Positions 30,353 to 40,326 of a DNA stretch of 64,000 nucleotides are shown here, piece by piece; position 1 is the first letter of the stretch, and every line of letters begins with the position of its first letter. This stretch comes from Bdellovibrionales bacterium (GTDB lineage: Bacteria; Bdellovibrionota; Bdellovibrionia; Bdellovibrionales; JAUICD01), in assembly GCA_965262715.1 (NCBI GenBank), contig OZ253553.1:1952001-2016000 (forward strand), given 5' to 3'. The translations under genes were made by a program, and so were the position numbers. The notes beneath the pieces are model-generated. The model was not told the DNA's origin and did no database searches. It saw only the letters and a program-made list of their open reading frames with translations.

Positions 30353-32686
30353 TTAGGGAAACCGCATCCCATCTATAATGTTATTAAAAGTAGGGCTTGG
30401 CCTTATAATCTGTGTCACTCGCTTTTCATCTGGATGATAATACCCTCCGATATCAACAGGTTTTCCCTGCTCATTATTGATTTCTGCTAAAATCTTTTCT
30501 TCATGATTCTTAAGTTGATTAGCTAAAAAAGAATACTTTTCTTGAACTTTTTTAAGGTAATGATATTGATCATTTTTTTTATCTGTTAATATTTTAAATT
30601 GTTCAGACAATCTTTCAACTATCGCCTCTGCCCAATAGAGAGCCCAATAAAAATGACTTCCACGGCTGTCTAATTCATGCACATAACGTGATGGAGATTT
30701 CTTTTCTTTTAAAAACCTTTCATTCGCCTTATTTAAAGCTTCAGACAAAATCTGAGCTTCTATTTTAAATTGAATAGATTTGTTTGATAAATCTTCTAGA
30801 GAAACAGCTAAAGCTAAAAATTCACCTAAAGAATCCCATCTTAAATGATTTTCTTTTAATAATTGATCAACATGTCTAGGAGCTGTACCACCAGAACCTG
30901 TTTCATAAAGACTTCCTCCTTTAAGAAGAGGAACAATAGACAACATTTTAGAGCTTGTTCCTATCTCTAAAATAGGAAAAAGATCCGTCAAGTAATCTCT
31001 AAGAACATTTCCAGTAACTGCAATGATTTCTTTTCCTGTTTTGACTTCGTGAAGAGTTAACTTCATAGCCTCTACTGGTGATAAAATGCGAATGTCTAAA
31101 CCATCTGTATCTTCATCTTTTATGAGGTGCTTAACTTTTTGAATCAAAACTCTATCATGAGCTCTATTGCTATCTAACCAAAAAACAGTTAATTGCCTTG
31201 TTATCTTTGATCTTTTTACAGCTAGCTTGACCCAATCACTGACTGCCTCATCTTTTGTTTGACACATTCTCCAAATATCATCTTTTTTCACATCATGCCC
31301 TAAAAGCACATTTCCATAATCATCTGTAATCTCTACCGTACCATTAGAAGGCATCATAAACGTCTTATCATGTGATCCATATTCTTGAGCCTTCTTGGCC
31401 ATTAATCCTATATTTGATACACTTCCCATCGTCCTTGGATCAAAAGCCCCATTTACTTTGCAAAATTCAATAACTTGCTGGTAAATACCTGCATAACTTC
31501 TATCAGGAATGAGCGCTTTCGTTGGATGAAGTTCACCATCTTTTCCCCACACTTTACCAGAAGACTTAATTATAGAAGGTATAGATGAATCAATAATCAC
31601 ATCATTTGGACTATGAAGACAAGTGATGCCCTTCTGAGAATTAACCATAGCTAAAGCAGGACGACTTTTATAACATTTTGCAAAAGCCTCTGTAATAACT
31701 TCTTTCAAAGGTGAAGAACTTATTTTTGAAAAAAGATCATTTAAACCATTACGAAAATTTACTCCTAGCTTATCTAAATCTTTGGCATGGCTACCTATAG
31801 CCTCTTTAAAATAAACCTTTATAGCTTCAGCAAAAATAACTGGATCAGAAACCTTCATCATCGTTGATTTGAGATGTAAAGAAAGAACAAGGTTCTTATT
31901 ATAAGCATCAGCAAATTCTTTCTCAAAAAATTCATTTAAATATCTTTTATTCATCACAGATGCATCAATAACTTCATTTTCTAAAACAGGAAAGGCGGGT
32001 TTAAGAATACTAACAGCACCTTGGTTATCAATAAATTTTATTGTTACATTTGTTGCTTTAGGAATAACTACTGACTTCTCATTTGAATAAAAGTCTCCCT
32101 CAGTCATAGAAGCCACATGCGACTGGCAATTACCATCCCACTGTCCCATGTAATGAGGATGATTTCTTACATACTGTTTGATCTCTTTAGGTACTCTTCT
32201 GTCGGAATTTCCTTCACGTAAGACAGGGTTGACTGCGCTTCCTAAAACTTTTCTATATTTTAAATAAATTTCTTTTTTTGTATCTGTTTGTTTTGAATTA
32301 TCATCTACAGTCACATTTTCAGGAAAAGAAGGTATATCAAATCTCTGATTTTGAAGTTCATTAATAGCAGTTTTTAATTGAGGCAAAGAAGCACTTATGT
32401 TAGGAAGTTTAATAATATTAGCTATTGGTTGTTTAACAACCTTTGAAAGCTCTAAAAGATCATCTGAAGTTGATGTTTTAGATGGGCAAGGAAAACAAGC
32501 TAAAATACGCCCTGCCAATGAGATATCTTTGATTTCAATAGGAATTTTCATCAAAGACAAAAATACTTTGATGATTGGAAACAAAGAATATGTTGCAAGA
32601 GCAGGTGCTTCATCTGTCTTTGTATAAACAATCTTAGCATCATCGTTTTTATTAATTTGTTGTGTATTCATTATTTCATTGCTCAA
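30353..32686 (-). CDS. icd: Monomeric NADP-dependent isocitrate dehydrogenase
   Basis: [50 protein letters not shown]. Confidence 0.96.
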   Translation of the reverse strand: MSNEIMNTQQINKNDDAKIVYTKTDEAPALATYSLFPIIKVFLSLMKIPIEIKDISLAGRILACFPCPSKTSTSDDLLELSKVVKQPIANIIKLPNISASLPQLKTAINELQNQRFDIPSFPENVTVDDNSKQTDTKKEIYLKYRKVLGSAVNPVLREGNSDRRVPKEIKQYVRNHPHYMGQWDGNCQSHVASMTEGDFYSNEKSVVIPKATNVTIKFIDNQGAVSILKPAFPVLENEVIDASVMNKRYLNEFFEKEFADAYNKNLVLSLHLKSTMMKVSDPVIFAEAIKVYFKEAIGSHAKDLDKLGVNFRNGLNDLFSKISSSPLKEVITEAFAKCYKSRPALAMVNSQKGITCLHSPNDVIIDSSIPSIIKSSGKVWGKDGELHPTKALIPDRSYAGIYQQVIEFCKVNGAFDPRTMGSVSNIGLMAKKAQEYGSHDKTFMMPSNGTVEITDDYGNVLLGHDVKKDDIWRMCQTKDEAVSDWVKLAVKRSKITRQLTVFWLDSNRAHDRVLIQKVKHLIKDEDTDGLDIRILSPVEAMKLTLHEVKTGKEIIAVTGNVLRDYLTDLFPILEIGTSSKMLSIVPLLKGGSLYETGSGGTAPRHVDQLLKENHLRWDSLGEFLALAVSLEDLSNKSIQFKIEAQILSEALNKANERFLKEKKSPSRYVHELDSRGSHFYWALYWAEAIVERLSEQFKILTDKKNDQYHYLKKVQEKYSFLANQLKNHEEKILAEINNEQGKPVDIGGYYHPDEKRVTQIIRPSPTFNNIIDGMRFP

Positions 32687-32701
32687 AAGATATAGATTTT
32701 T

Positions 32702-33184
32702 TTATTCAAGAGAACTTTTTAACATCCAAGCTGTTTTTTCATGAAACTCAATTCTTGCGCCAAGCAAACTAGTTGTTCCTTCATCATTAGCATCACTTAA
32801 TACAGTCAGGATATATTTTGCTGTTTTAATAATATGTTCATGATCTCTTAGTAAGTTTTCAATCATTATATGAGGTTCTACATCTAAGAACGGATCATCT
32901 TTAATACCACTTAATTTAGCAAATTCTGTATGAGACCCAGGAGACTTAACTCCCATTACTCTTATCCTTTCTGCAATTTCATCGACAGCTAAAGCTAAGG
33001 CAGTGTATTGCTTTTCAAATAAATGATGTAGAGAGCCAAACATAGGACCTGTGACATTCCAATGATATTTGTGGGTTTTTAAATAAAGAGTGTGCGTTTC
33101 AGCAAGCAGTATAGAAAGTTCTTGAGCAATCTCTGAGCACTTAATCTCTGTAATTCCAATATTTAATCCTCTTACACTCCCCAT
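32702..33184 (-). CDS. dps: Dps ferritin-like DNA protection protein
   Basis: LYLKTHKYHWNVTGP, LHHLFEKQY, DEIAERI, EKTAWML. Confidence 0.95.
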   Translation of the reverse strand: MGSVRGLNIGITEIKCSEIAQELSILLAETHTLYLKTHKYHWNVTGPMFGSLHHLFEKQYTALALAVDEIAERIRVMGVKSPGSHTEFAKLSGIKDDPFLDVEPHIMIENLLRDHEHIIKTAKYILTVLSDANDEGTTSLLGARIEFHEKTAWMLKSSLE

Positions 33185-33498
33185 TTGTCCTCCTTTATAA
33201 CTTCATCAAAGATATACTTAAAGTCTATCATCAATAAGTCAAGCGCAGCAATGTTAAATCACCATTATTTTTTTTAAATCGATTATAGAATAAAAATTCT
33301 TTTAAAATCTTTATTTCATATAATATTCTGACTAGAAATGGATCGTCATAACTAAATCAGGATCTGCCAAAAGCAACTAGCGCGCTAAAACATATAAAAG
33401 TATTTCGCAATAAAAATCTGAACTCATCTTACGCAAGCTTTATAACTTTGAGAAAGCCGTTGTTGTTTATTAATTTATCTAAATTATGACCATCTATA

Positions 33499-33546
33499 GA
33501 ATCCGGGAATCTGGGAATCCGGGAACCCAGAAGTCTGGCAGTCTGT
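33499..33546 (+). repeat. Six degenerate 8-mer tandem repeats
   Basis: GAATCCGG GAATCTGG GAATCCGG GAACCCAG AAGTCTGG CAGTCTGT. Confidence 0.8.
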
Positions 33547-33602
33547 TTGTTTTGAATTTTCCCATAATTTTTTCCTCCTTTACCCCCAAAAAGAAATAGA
33601 AA

Positions 33603-33895
33603 TATTTTCCCTAACATATATGTAAAAAATGAGAAGTATCTTCTTACTAAAAATAAACAGATTTTTGAGACAATCAGCATTTTACTGACGGTGCTAACCG
33701 TCAAGCTAACTGATAAACAACACCGATTTCCTTAACATTGGGTCAAAAAATGAGGGGAGTCTCCCTACTAAAATGCATCTTTCTTTCTAGGTGATAACCC
33801 TTTTCTGATGGAGCCATCAGGGTTATCACCAGAAAGTAGCCAGAGGCTAGATGCATTTTAGTGAAACAGAGGCCAGTTTATTTTTAGTGATATAG
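33603..33895 (+). repeat. Two tandem structured repeat units directly upstream of four-helix-bundle gene
   Basis: Leaders at 33609 and 33730; stems GGTGATAACCC/GGGTTATCACC, ACTAAAATGCATCT/AGATGCATTTTAGT. Confidence 0.88.
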
Positions 33896-33912
33896 ATTGG
33901 GAGAAAAAAATT

Positions 33913-34206
33913 ATGGGAAAATTCAAAACTTATCACTTAGCAACTCAATTCTATCATAAATCTAACAACTTAAGTTTAAGAGGGCCAATGAAAAACCAAT
34001 TTCAAAGAGCTTCCCTAAGTATCGTATTGAATCTGGCTGAAAGCTCTGCTAAATCTAGTGCTAAAGAACGTAAAAAATTCTATGAAATTAGCTTAGGTTC
34101 TCTAAGAGAGGTACAAACAATACTAACTCTTGTTAACCATCAAAAATTAATAAGAGAAGCTGATAAATTGGGTGCTTTCCTATATAAATTGTGTAAAAAT
34201 ACTTAA
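33913..34206 (+). CDS. Four helix bundle protein (TIGR02436 / 23S rRNA IVP family)
   Basis: QFQRASLSIVLNLAES...RKKFYEISLGSLREV signature; GGGAG RBS-like site upstream. Confidence 0.88.
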   Translation: MGKFKTYHLATQFYHKSNNLSLRGPMKNQFQRASLSIVLNLAESSAKSSAKERKKFYEISLGSLREVQTILTLVNHQKLIREADKLGAFLYKLCKNT

Positions 34207-34243
34207 AGCTTGGCTTTAAACTCTTTGCGTAAGGTCTCAGTTA

Positions 34244-35719
34244 TTATTTTATTAAACTGTTCCCACAAGCAATATTTTGTTGTGCATGAGATGCTTGTAG
34301 TTCAAGAAGGAACTGATCAACTTCTTTATCTGTAATCTGTACTGCTCCACCATACGCTTCTAGGCCTTGACGTGAGGATGCACTCTGGCTCTTTTTAACA
34401 AGCAGGTCAACAATTAGATCGTTTGCAACACGAATCAGTGGTTCATTATGATAATGTTCATGTACATAATTAATGATATGACCTACCGCTCTTCCTGATA
34501 TATCAAAATTAAATCGACGTCTTCTTAAACTAGGTAAAATTGAGGTTTCTACTACATGCCTTAAATCTTCTTTAGACATTCTATTAGTTATAATTTCTTC
34601 AAAACTAAAAAAATCTTTAGGCATGTCTTGATAACCTTCTGTTGATGAAGCAGCTATTAATTTAATATGGTTTCTTTTTCGTAAATGCGAGCTTAACACT
34701 TGTCTTTGCGAAGCACTCAACTTATGGAATCTATCCATAAAAATGACAATCCTTACTTGAAGTCTCTGTTCTATATCTAAAACAGCCTCTAAATAATTTT
34801 TTAAGTTTTTTGCCTTAGAAAAATCATCTGCAAAACCTCTTTCTATCTTATTAATACGAGATGGATCTGTTTCTATAACATAAGTTTTTCTTCTAGTATC
34901 GCCAGATGCATCTGAAGGATGTTCTGTCATTGCTATTGTATTTATAACAGCCCGATTATCATCTTTTCTTCCAATAAGAATAGGAGCACTATTATTTTGA
35001 GTTGTTAAAGTATCAAGCACTTGACGGACTGCTTCTTGATGTACTTGATTACCACGAGATTCTTCAAAAAATAAGTGATCGCTTAAAAAGTGAACAGATC
35101 CTCTTCGAAACATGCGAATAGGCCTTCTAAAATTACGACTATTTGATTTAGAAAATAGAGAATATAATTGTGTAGTCAGTAAAGTATGATGATCTGTATT
35201 ATCTTGCATATCACTAAGAGTGTAAGAGCTTATATTCTCAGGATTTCTCGAAATGGCTCTATCTATAAGAGTCAAGAAATAAGGAGGCATACTTAATACT
35301 ATAGAACTTGACTGTATCTGCTCTTTCAATTGAATAAGCATAGAAGTATTTTGAGAGCTAAGAAATGGAGAAATTGCTGTCATCATCATTGACATTAATC
35401 TAATATGAGGTGGATTTCGGTCAATCTCTGTCAAAAGAGCTTCTAAAAAAGCTTGTTTAACTTCAAGATAATGAACAAAGTCTGTTAAATAATCCGCAGC
35501 TATTGATCTTTTTTCCTCATCATTTGAAGCTAAGTAATGGAGTTTTTCCTGTAATTGTTGATACTCTTCAGCAGTTGATATTATAGATAAGTCCGTATTT
35601 GACTGTTCTAACTGTGCAAAACTTTTAGTAAAACAAACAACTAAAAGTGAACTGAAGATTAAAAAAGAAAAACTCTTTGAAAATTTTCCAGATTCTCTTA
35701 GTAAGACTTTAATATTCAT
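34244..35719 (-). CDS. Exported protein with degenerate Clp/Hsp100 AAA+ module
   Basis: Signal-like N-terminus; APILIG.., VIFMDRFHKL, LIAASSTEGY resemble ClpA/B NBD1 with dead Walker motifs. Confidence 0.55.
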   Translation of the reverse strand: MNIKVLLRESGKFSKSFSFLIFSSLLVVCFTKSFAQLEQSNTDLSIISTAEEYQQLQEKLHYLASNDEEKRSIAADYLTDFVHYLEVKQAFLEALLTEIDRNPPHIRLMSMMMTAISPFLSSQNTSMLIQLKEQIQSSSIVLSMPPYFLTLIDRAISRNPENISSYTLSDMQDNTDHHTLLTTQLYSLFSKSNSRNFRRPIRMFRRGSVHFLSDHLFFEESRGNQVHQEAVRQVLDTLTTQNNSAPILIGRKDDNRAVINTIAMTEHPSDASGDTRRKTYVIETDPSRINKIERGFADDFSKAKNLKNYLEAVLDIEQRLQVRIVIFMDRFHKLSASQRQVLSSHLRKRNHIKLIAASSTEGYQDMPKDFFSFEEIITNRMSKEDLRHVVETSILPSLRRRRFNFDISGRAVGHIINYVHEHYHNEPLIRVANDLIVDLLVKKSQSASSRQGLEAYGGAVQITDKEVDQFLLELQASHAQQNIACGNSLIK

Positions 35720-36111
35720 ATAGTATCCTTAACCACATATCCGTCAAAATATCTCATATATATTTTTAAGCAATCACAACAAAATAATAAAATAATCAGT
35801 AAGCTACAATAATTGAATAAAACATTATATACAAGTGAACATATTTATATCCTCTATATTTAAAAATAAAGGATAGTTTTTATACACTTTTGAAAAAAAA
35901 TATATAGAGATTGTATGTAAAAACTTCATATATCATTATTTATTCTCTATTGGTATGAATTTTGCTGCCACTGGATATCAAAATAATCTCCAAAAATCAA
36001 AAATAACCTGATGTGTTATTTTTCCTTATCATTTTTAAACAATCTGCCGATAAAAACACATTAGCAAATAAATTTTACTTAATACTTTAATTTTGAAAAT
36101 AGAAACTTAAT

Positions 36112-37296
36112 ATGTCTAAAAACAGTCCTCAAAACAGTTTAATATTTAAAGGTATCACTGCTTTTGCTTTTTTAGTCGGCATAGCTTTTATGCTTTCCTT
36201 TATGAACTGTTCTTTCAATGAAGAACCTATAATTCTTGACAGTCAACATTATTCACCTCTTTCAACACAACTTCCAAGTAGTTTTCCTCCTAATCCTAAT
36301 CCTCCCAATACTAATACTAATACCACTAATACCCCTACTACCACTTCTGATGATTGCTCTAATAATGCGCCTCAATCACAATTAAGTATTGTCCAACAAG
36401 TTGCTACAGAAACTGCTGATCTTTATAAAACAAATGTGCATCAATTTACCCGATACGTCGCTGAGTGCTTAAAAGATATCAACCCAAATTGGGGACGTCG
36501 AATTGATGATGTTGGTTCTCTATCTGGTGATACAATTGCATACTATATAGGCGACAATACAGATCCATATAGTGTTGACATTATAGACAGTTCAACTCCC
36601 TCAAACCCACAACTTGCATGGTTAGTACGGGGTACGATTGATGAATGCGGTCAAGTAGGAGGAACTTGGCAACGTGTGGATGGTGAATGCATTATAGGAC
36701 AGGTAGAGTCAGAGCCTGAAGAGCAATGTACACAAGAGCAATTAGATAATGATTATGCCACTATTAATGAGGAATGCCTAAAAACATGTGATAGTTTTGA
36801 CGACACTAATGCAGAAGGCGTAACAATTGGAAAAGGTGAACAGTGTAACGATACAAGAAACTACAATATTTTATCCATAAAAAATACCTTCGAGTCGGAG
36901 CTAGATGAACCACAAGCCTGTTGTAGGAGGTCTCCTAAAAGAAACTGTTTTAGTTCCAGTGGTTATCAGCTTGTCGTAGATAACTGTCAACCAACTTGCG
37001 CTCAAGCAGCTAAGTTAGCAGGTTACACTACTAATTATTATCTTTATACTAATAAATGTAGCGGGGGCTTTAGTAAGTTTTGTACAGAAAATTGTCAGGA
37101 ACTAAACAAACACGGTCATAAAGATTGGCTGGATTTTACATTTTATGATCCTTATAACTTTATAGAAGCTAGTAATAATACTGAAGGTCATTTATATTTT
37201 AGTGGTGATGACGATGGTTGCTGCATAAGAGCATCTCAAGATGAAACACCTGCTCAGTCTTATAATTCAAAAGGTTGGCATCCAGACGATTACTGA
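36112..37296 (+). CDS. Cys-rich exported protein (FMNC motif)
   Basis: LSFMNC; homologous to the C-terminal half of 37555-39900. Confidence 0.7.
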   Translation: MSKNSPQNSLIFKGITAFAFLVGIAFMLSFMNCSFNEEPIILDSQHYSPLSTQLPSSFPPNPNPPNTNTNTTNTPTTTSDDCSNNAPQSQLSIVQQVATETADLYKTNVHQFTRYVAECLKDINPNWGRRIDDVGSLSGDTIAYYIGDNTDPYSVDIIDSSTPSNPQLAWLVRGTIDECGQVGGTWQRVDGECIIGQVESEPEEQCTQEQLDNDYATINEECLKTCDSFDDTNAEGVTIGKGEQCNDTRNYNILSIKNTFESELDEPQACCRRSPKRNCFSSSGYQLVVDNCQPTCAQAAKLAGYTTNYYLYTNKCSGGFSKFCTENCQELNKHGHKDWLDFTFYDPYNFIEASNNTEGHLYFSGDDDGCCIRASQDETPAQSYNSKGWHPDDY

Positions 37297-37554
37297 TTAG
37301 ATTGATTGTACTACAAGGGACATCGGTAACAGATTCTTCAAGGCAATCTGTCTCTGGAAACTGTTTTTTGTAAGTCCGGGTCCAACGGCTCAACCCCAGG
37401 GACACAGGTAACAACTTATTTTATCTTTAAACATCAAAATATCAATTTCTTTAGATTTCTTTAATATTTTTTTATCATTTTTAAACAATTTGCCGATATA
37501 TATAGTGTAAAAAAATAACTTTTAAGCCTTTATACACTCTAATGGAGATTTGAT

Positions 37555-39900
37555 TTGTTAAACATACAATCACTGAGAGTTAAAAATATTATTATTTTTG
37601 CTTTTTTCTTATTAGGTCTCTCCTTCCCACTTCTCTTTATGAACTGTTCCTTAGATGAAGGCAATAACACACTCAGAAGTAGTGATACTGGAGGTCCTGG
37701 AGACCCTGGAGATACTTCAGTTTATACAGAAAACCTTCCTCCTGACGAGTTTCCTGACCCCGATAATCCTAAAACTAGAGGTAAAATTGTATGGCCTCAC
37801 GGTATCAATACAGTTGAATGGACAGCCACATCCAAAATCACAAATTTAGATATTAATATTCAAAACGGACAAGTTAGTATCACACATACAAAAGCTGGTC
37901 AGTGGGATCCAACAACAAGTGTAAGTTCAGAAAGTGTTGAAGACCCCGTAGAAGGCAATGCATGGATTATTGTTCCACTCAATGGTAAAGGTTATGCTGC
38001 TCCCTATGATTGGATAGGAAAAGCAGACCCCGATCACATGTTAGATGTAGTAAACCTCGATGGTTTATACCAACAGTTACCCATACGCGCAAATGTATCT
38101 GCACTAGCTAGATGGGAGCCCCTGCCTGGAGATAAGATTGGCTTTATGGTATCAGGGCTTGTCAAAGGAGATATAAAAAATGTCGAAGAAAGATCAAAAA
38201 TGATACGTGTCACATTGCCTGACAAAAATGGAAAAATCTCCACAGAGACCTGCTCTCTAAGTGACCAGACCGTTGAAAATACAACTACTTCTACCCAAAC
38301 AACTACTACAACTCCAGAGACCACCGAAGATACAGATATTCCTACTTGTTCAGAAACATCTTGTGAAGCTCCAAACAGAATATCTATCATAGATGATGTC
38401 GTACACGAAAACAGAAGCGCATTCAGTAAGGCTATTGAACTCAATGCAGAAAGTGGCTCTGTGGAAGATGACGATGAACGTTGGGAATTTATGGATAAAG
38501 TGGTAAGAACTGTCCAAGCAACAGATACTGGTTTTGGTTATACATGTATTAATAAAGACTGTGAAAATAATATATCAACTAGTAAAATTGCCTACAAATG
38601 CAAAGAAAATACTGAAACATCCACCTCAGTCAATGAAACTATTATCACTATAGATTTTTTTAATAGCGATGGTTCCACTAAGTGGGCGCCTTCTGATCCA
38701 GAAGAGGATCAACCAGATGGATGGATATTTCTAAGGCCAGGAGCACCGGAGATTACTTCGGAAGGTGAAGGACCATGTTCTAGTGACAGGAACACTCCAG
38801 ACCGACAATCAACTGTTGTGCAACAAATAGCTGCAAAAACTGATGACCTTTATAAAACAAGTCCAGATGCATTCACCCAGCGTGTGGTCGAATGTTTAAA
38901 AGATATTGATGACAATTGGGGCCGTCATCTCGATGATTCTGGTATTGTTACAAAAGACATAATTGCATATCGCATAAATGAAGAAGAAGAGAACCCTTAT
39001 AGTATTAAAATCATTGCAGATGTAGATACTCAAAATCCAACCCTAACTTGGAGTATACAAAAAAACCCTAATAATAATCAATGTGGTCAAATAGGAGGCA
39101 CCTGGAGTGAAATTGTAGGTCAGTGTGTTATTGAACTAGAAGGGCATTGCACGCAAGAGCAAAGAGATAGTGGCAGCTATGGCACTATTAATGGAGAATG
39201 CCATCCAAAATGTGAGAGCTTTGCAGACAGTAATGTAGAAGGAGTATCCATCGCAACAGGAGACGAGTGCGATGACACTGCCAATTACAATATCTTGGCT
39301 ATCAAAAACACCTATGAAGAAAAATTGGACGGATCAAAATGTTGTAGAAGATCTGATAAAAGATTCTGTCTGAATGGTTATCTACTATATGGCGATAATT
39401 GCTACCCAACATGCAAGCAAGCAGCCAAATTAGCAGGTTATACAAACCCTAGCTATTATGACACATATGACAACTCTTTTGCTTCAGGTTTCTTTTTTCA
39501 AAGTACAGAAAACTGTGAGGATTATAAAGGTGGTGAAGATTGGGTAGACTTTACTTTCTACGATCCTTATAGATTTCAACAATCAAGAAATACTCAAGAT
39601 GTAGATATATGCAAAACTGGTTCATGTCCTGATGACACTGGTTGTTGTGTAAAAGATAATCCCAACAGCACACCCACTCATGCTTATGATTCAAACGGTT
39701 GGAACCAGCAAGATCGTGAACGTATATCTGCTGACTCATCTGGAGGGTCTAACACATCCAGTACCACAACAACAACAGTTGATAGCAGTAGTGGTGATGA
39801 ATGTACTATAGGTACTGCAGACACAGATTGTTTTGCAAGATGTAGTATGTCAGAAGCAGGAGAACCAACCTGCGAGAATGGAAGCTGTGTATGTCCCTAA
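37555..39900 (+). CDS. Large Cys-rich exported protein (FMNC motif)
   Basis: LLFMNC; Thr-rich linkers; shares VVQQ..TDDLYKT..CGQ.GGTW..CCRRS..DFTFYDPY with 36112-37296. Confidence 0.7.
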   Translation: MLNIQSLRVKNIIIFAFFLLGLSFPLLFMNCSLDEGNNTLRSSDTGGPGDPGDTSVYTENLPPDEFPDPDNPKTRGKIVWPHGINTVEWTATSKITNLDINIQNGQVSITHTKAGQWDPTTSVSSESVEDPVEGNAWIIVPLNGKGYAAPYDWIGKADPDHMLDVVNLDGLYQQLPIRANVSALARWEPLPGDKIGFMVSGLVKGDIKNVEERSKMIRVTLPDKNGKISTETCSLSDQTVENTTTSTQTTTTTPETTEDTDIPTCSETSCEAPNRISIIDDVVHENRSAFSKAIELNAESGSVEDDDERWEFMDKVVRTVQATDTGFGYTCINKDCENNISTSKIAYKCKENTETSTSVNETIITIDFFNSDGSTKWAPSDPEEDQPDGWIFLRPGAPEITSEGEGPCSSDRNTPDRQSTVVQQIAAKTDDLYKTSPDAFTQRVVECLKDIDDNWGRHLDDSGIVTKDIIAYRINEEEENPYSIKIIADVDTQNPTLTWSIQKNPNNNQCGQIGGTWSEIVGQCVIELEGHCTQEQRDSGSYGTINGECHPKCESFADSNVEGVSIATGDECDDTANYNILAIKNTYEEKLDGSKCCRRSDKRFCLNGYLLYGDNCYPTCKQAAKLAGYTNPSYYDTYDNSFASGFFFQSTENCEDYKGGEDWVDFTFYDPYRFQQSRNTQDVDICKTGSCPDDTGCCVKDNPNSTPTHAYDSNGWNQQDRERISADSSGGSNTSSTTTTTVDSSSGDECTIGTADTDCFARCSMSEAGEPTCENGSCVCP

Positions 39901-40007
39901 CCCTAAGTTTAACCAGGATATAATATTTATTCTCCGGAATTCTGGCAATCGGGCATTCCGGCAAACAGTGTCCGGGAACTGATCTCCGGCCTATCAGAGA
40001 ATAGAAA

Positions 40008-40156
40008 TAATTTCCTTAACATGCTATTAAAAAACAAGGATATCCTCCCCACTCAAAATAAACGGATTTTTGAGGTAGTTAGCATTTTCTTGAAGGCGTA
40101 AGCCTTCAGGCTAACTGCCCAAAAATGACCAGAGGTCAGTTTATTTTGAGTGAAAC
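40008..40156 (+). repeat. Structured repeat unit abutting tRNA 3' end
   Basis: Leader at 40014; TGAAGGC-GTAA-GCCTTCA hairpin; ACTCAAAATAAAC/GTTTATTTTGAGT outer stem. Confidence 0.88.
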
Positions 40157-40159
40157 GAA

Positions 40160-40236
40160 TGGAGCGTAAGGCGGGACTCAAACCCGCGGCCTTCGCCTTG
40201 GCAAGGCGACGCTCTAATCACCTGAGCTACTCACGC
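40160..40236 (-). tRNA. tRNA-Gly(GCC)
   Basis: Cloverleaf GCGTGAG..TCGCC-TTGCCAA-GGCGA..GCGGG-TTTGAGT-CCCGC-CTTACGC-T-CCA. Confidence 0.92.
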
Positions 40237-40326
40237 ATAGACACCTAGACTTAATATACTTTCATTGTAATATCAAATGAAAAAAACATCAAATTATGTT
40301 CTGATCAGGTCTTTAAAATATTAAAC

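Noticed and set aside
33499..34206. Diversity-generating retroelement (bAvd-like gene)
   Set aside because: No reverse transcriptase and no TR/VR pair with adenine-specific mismatches seen
40008..40236. Integrative element/prophage at tRNA-Gly
   Set aside because: No integrase, phage genes or duplicated tRNA 3' end found in the window
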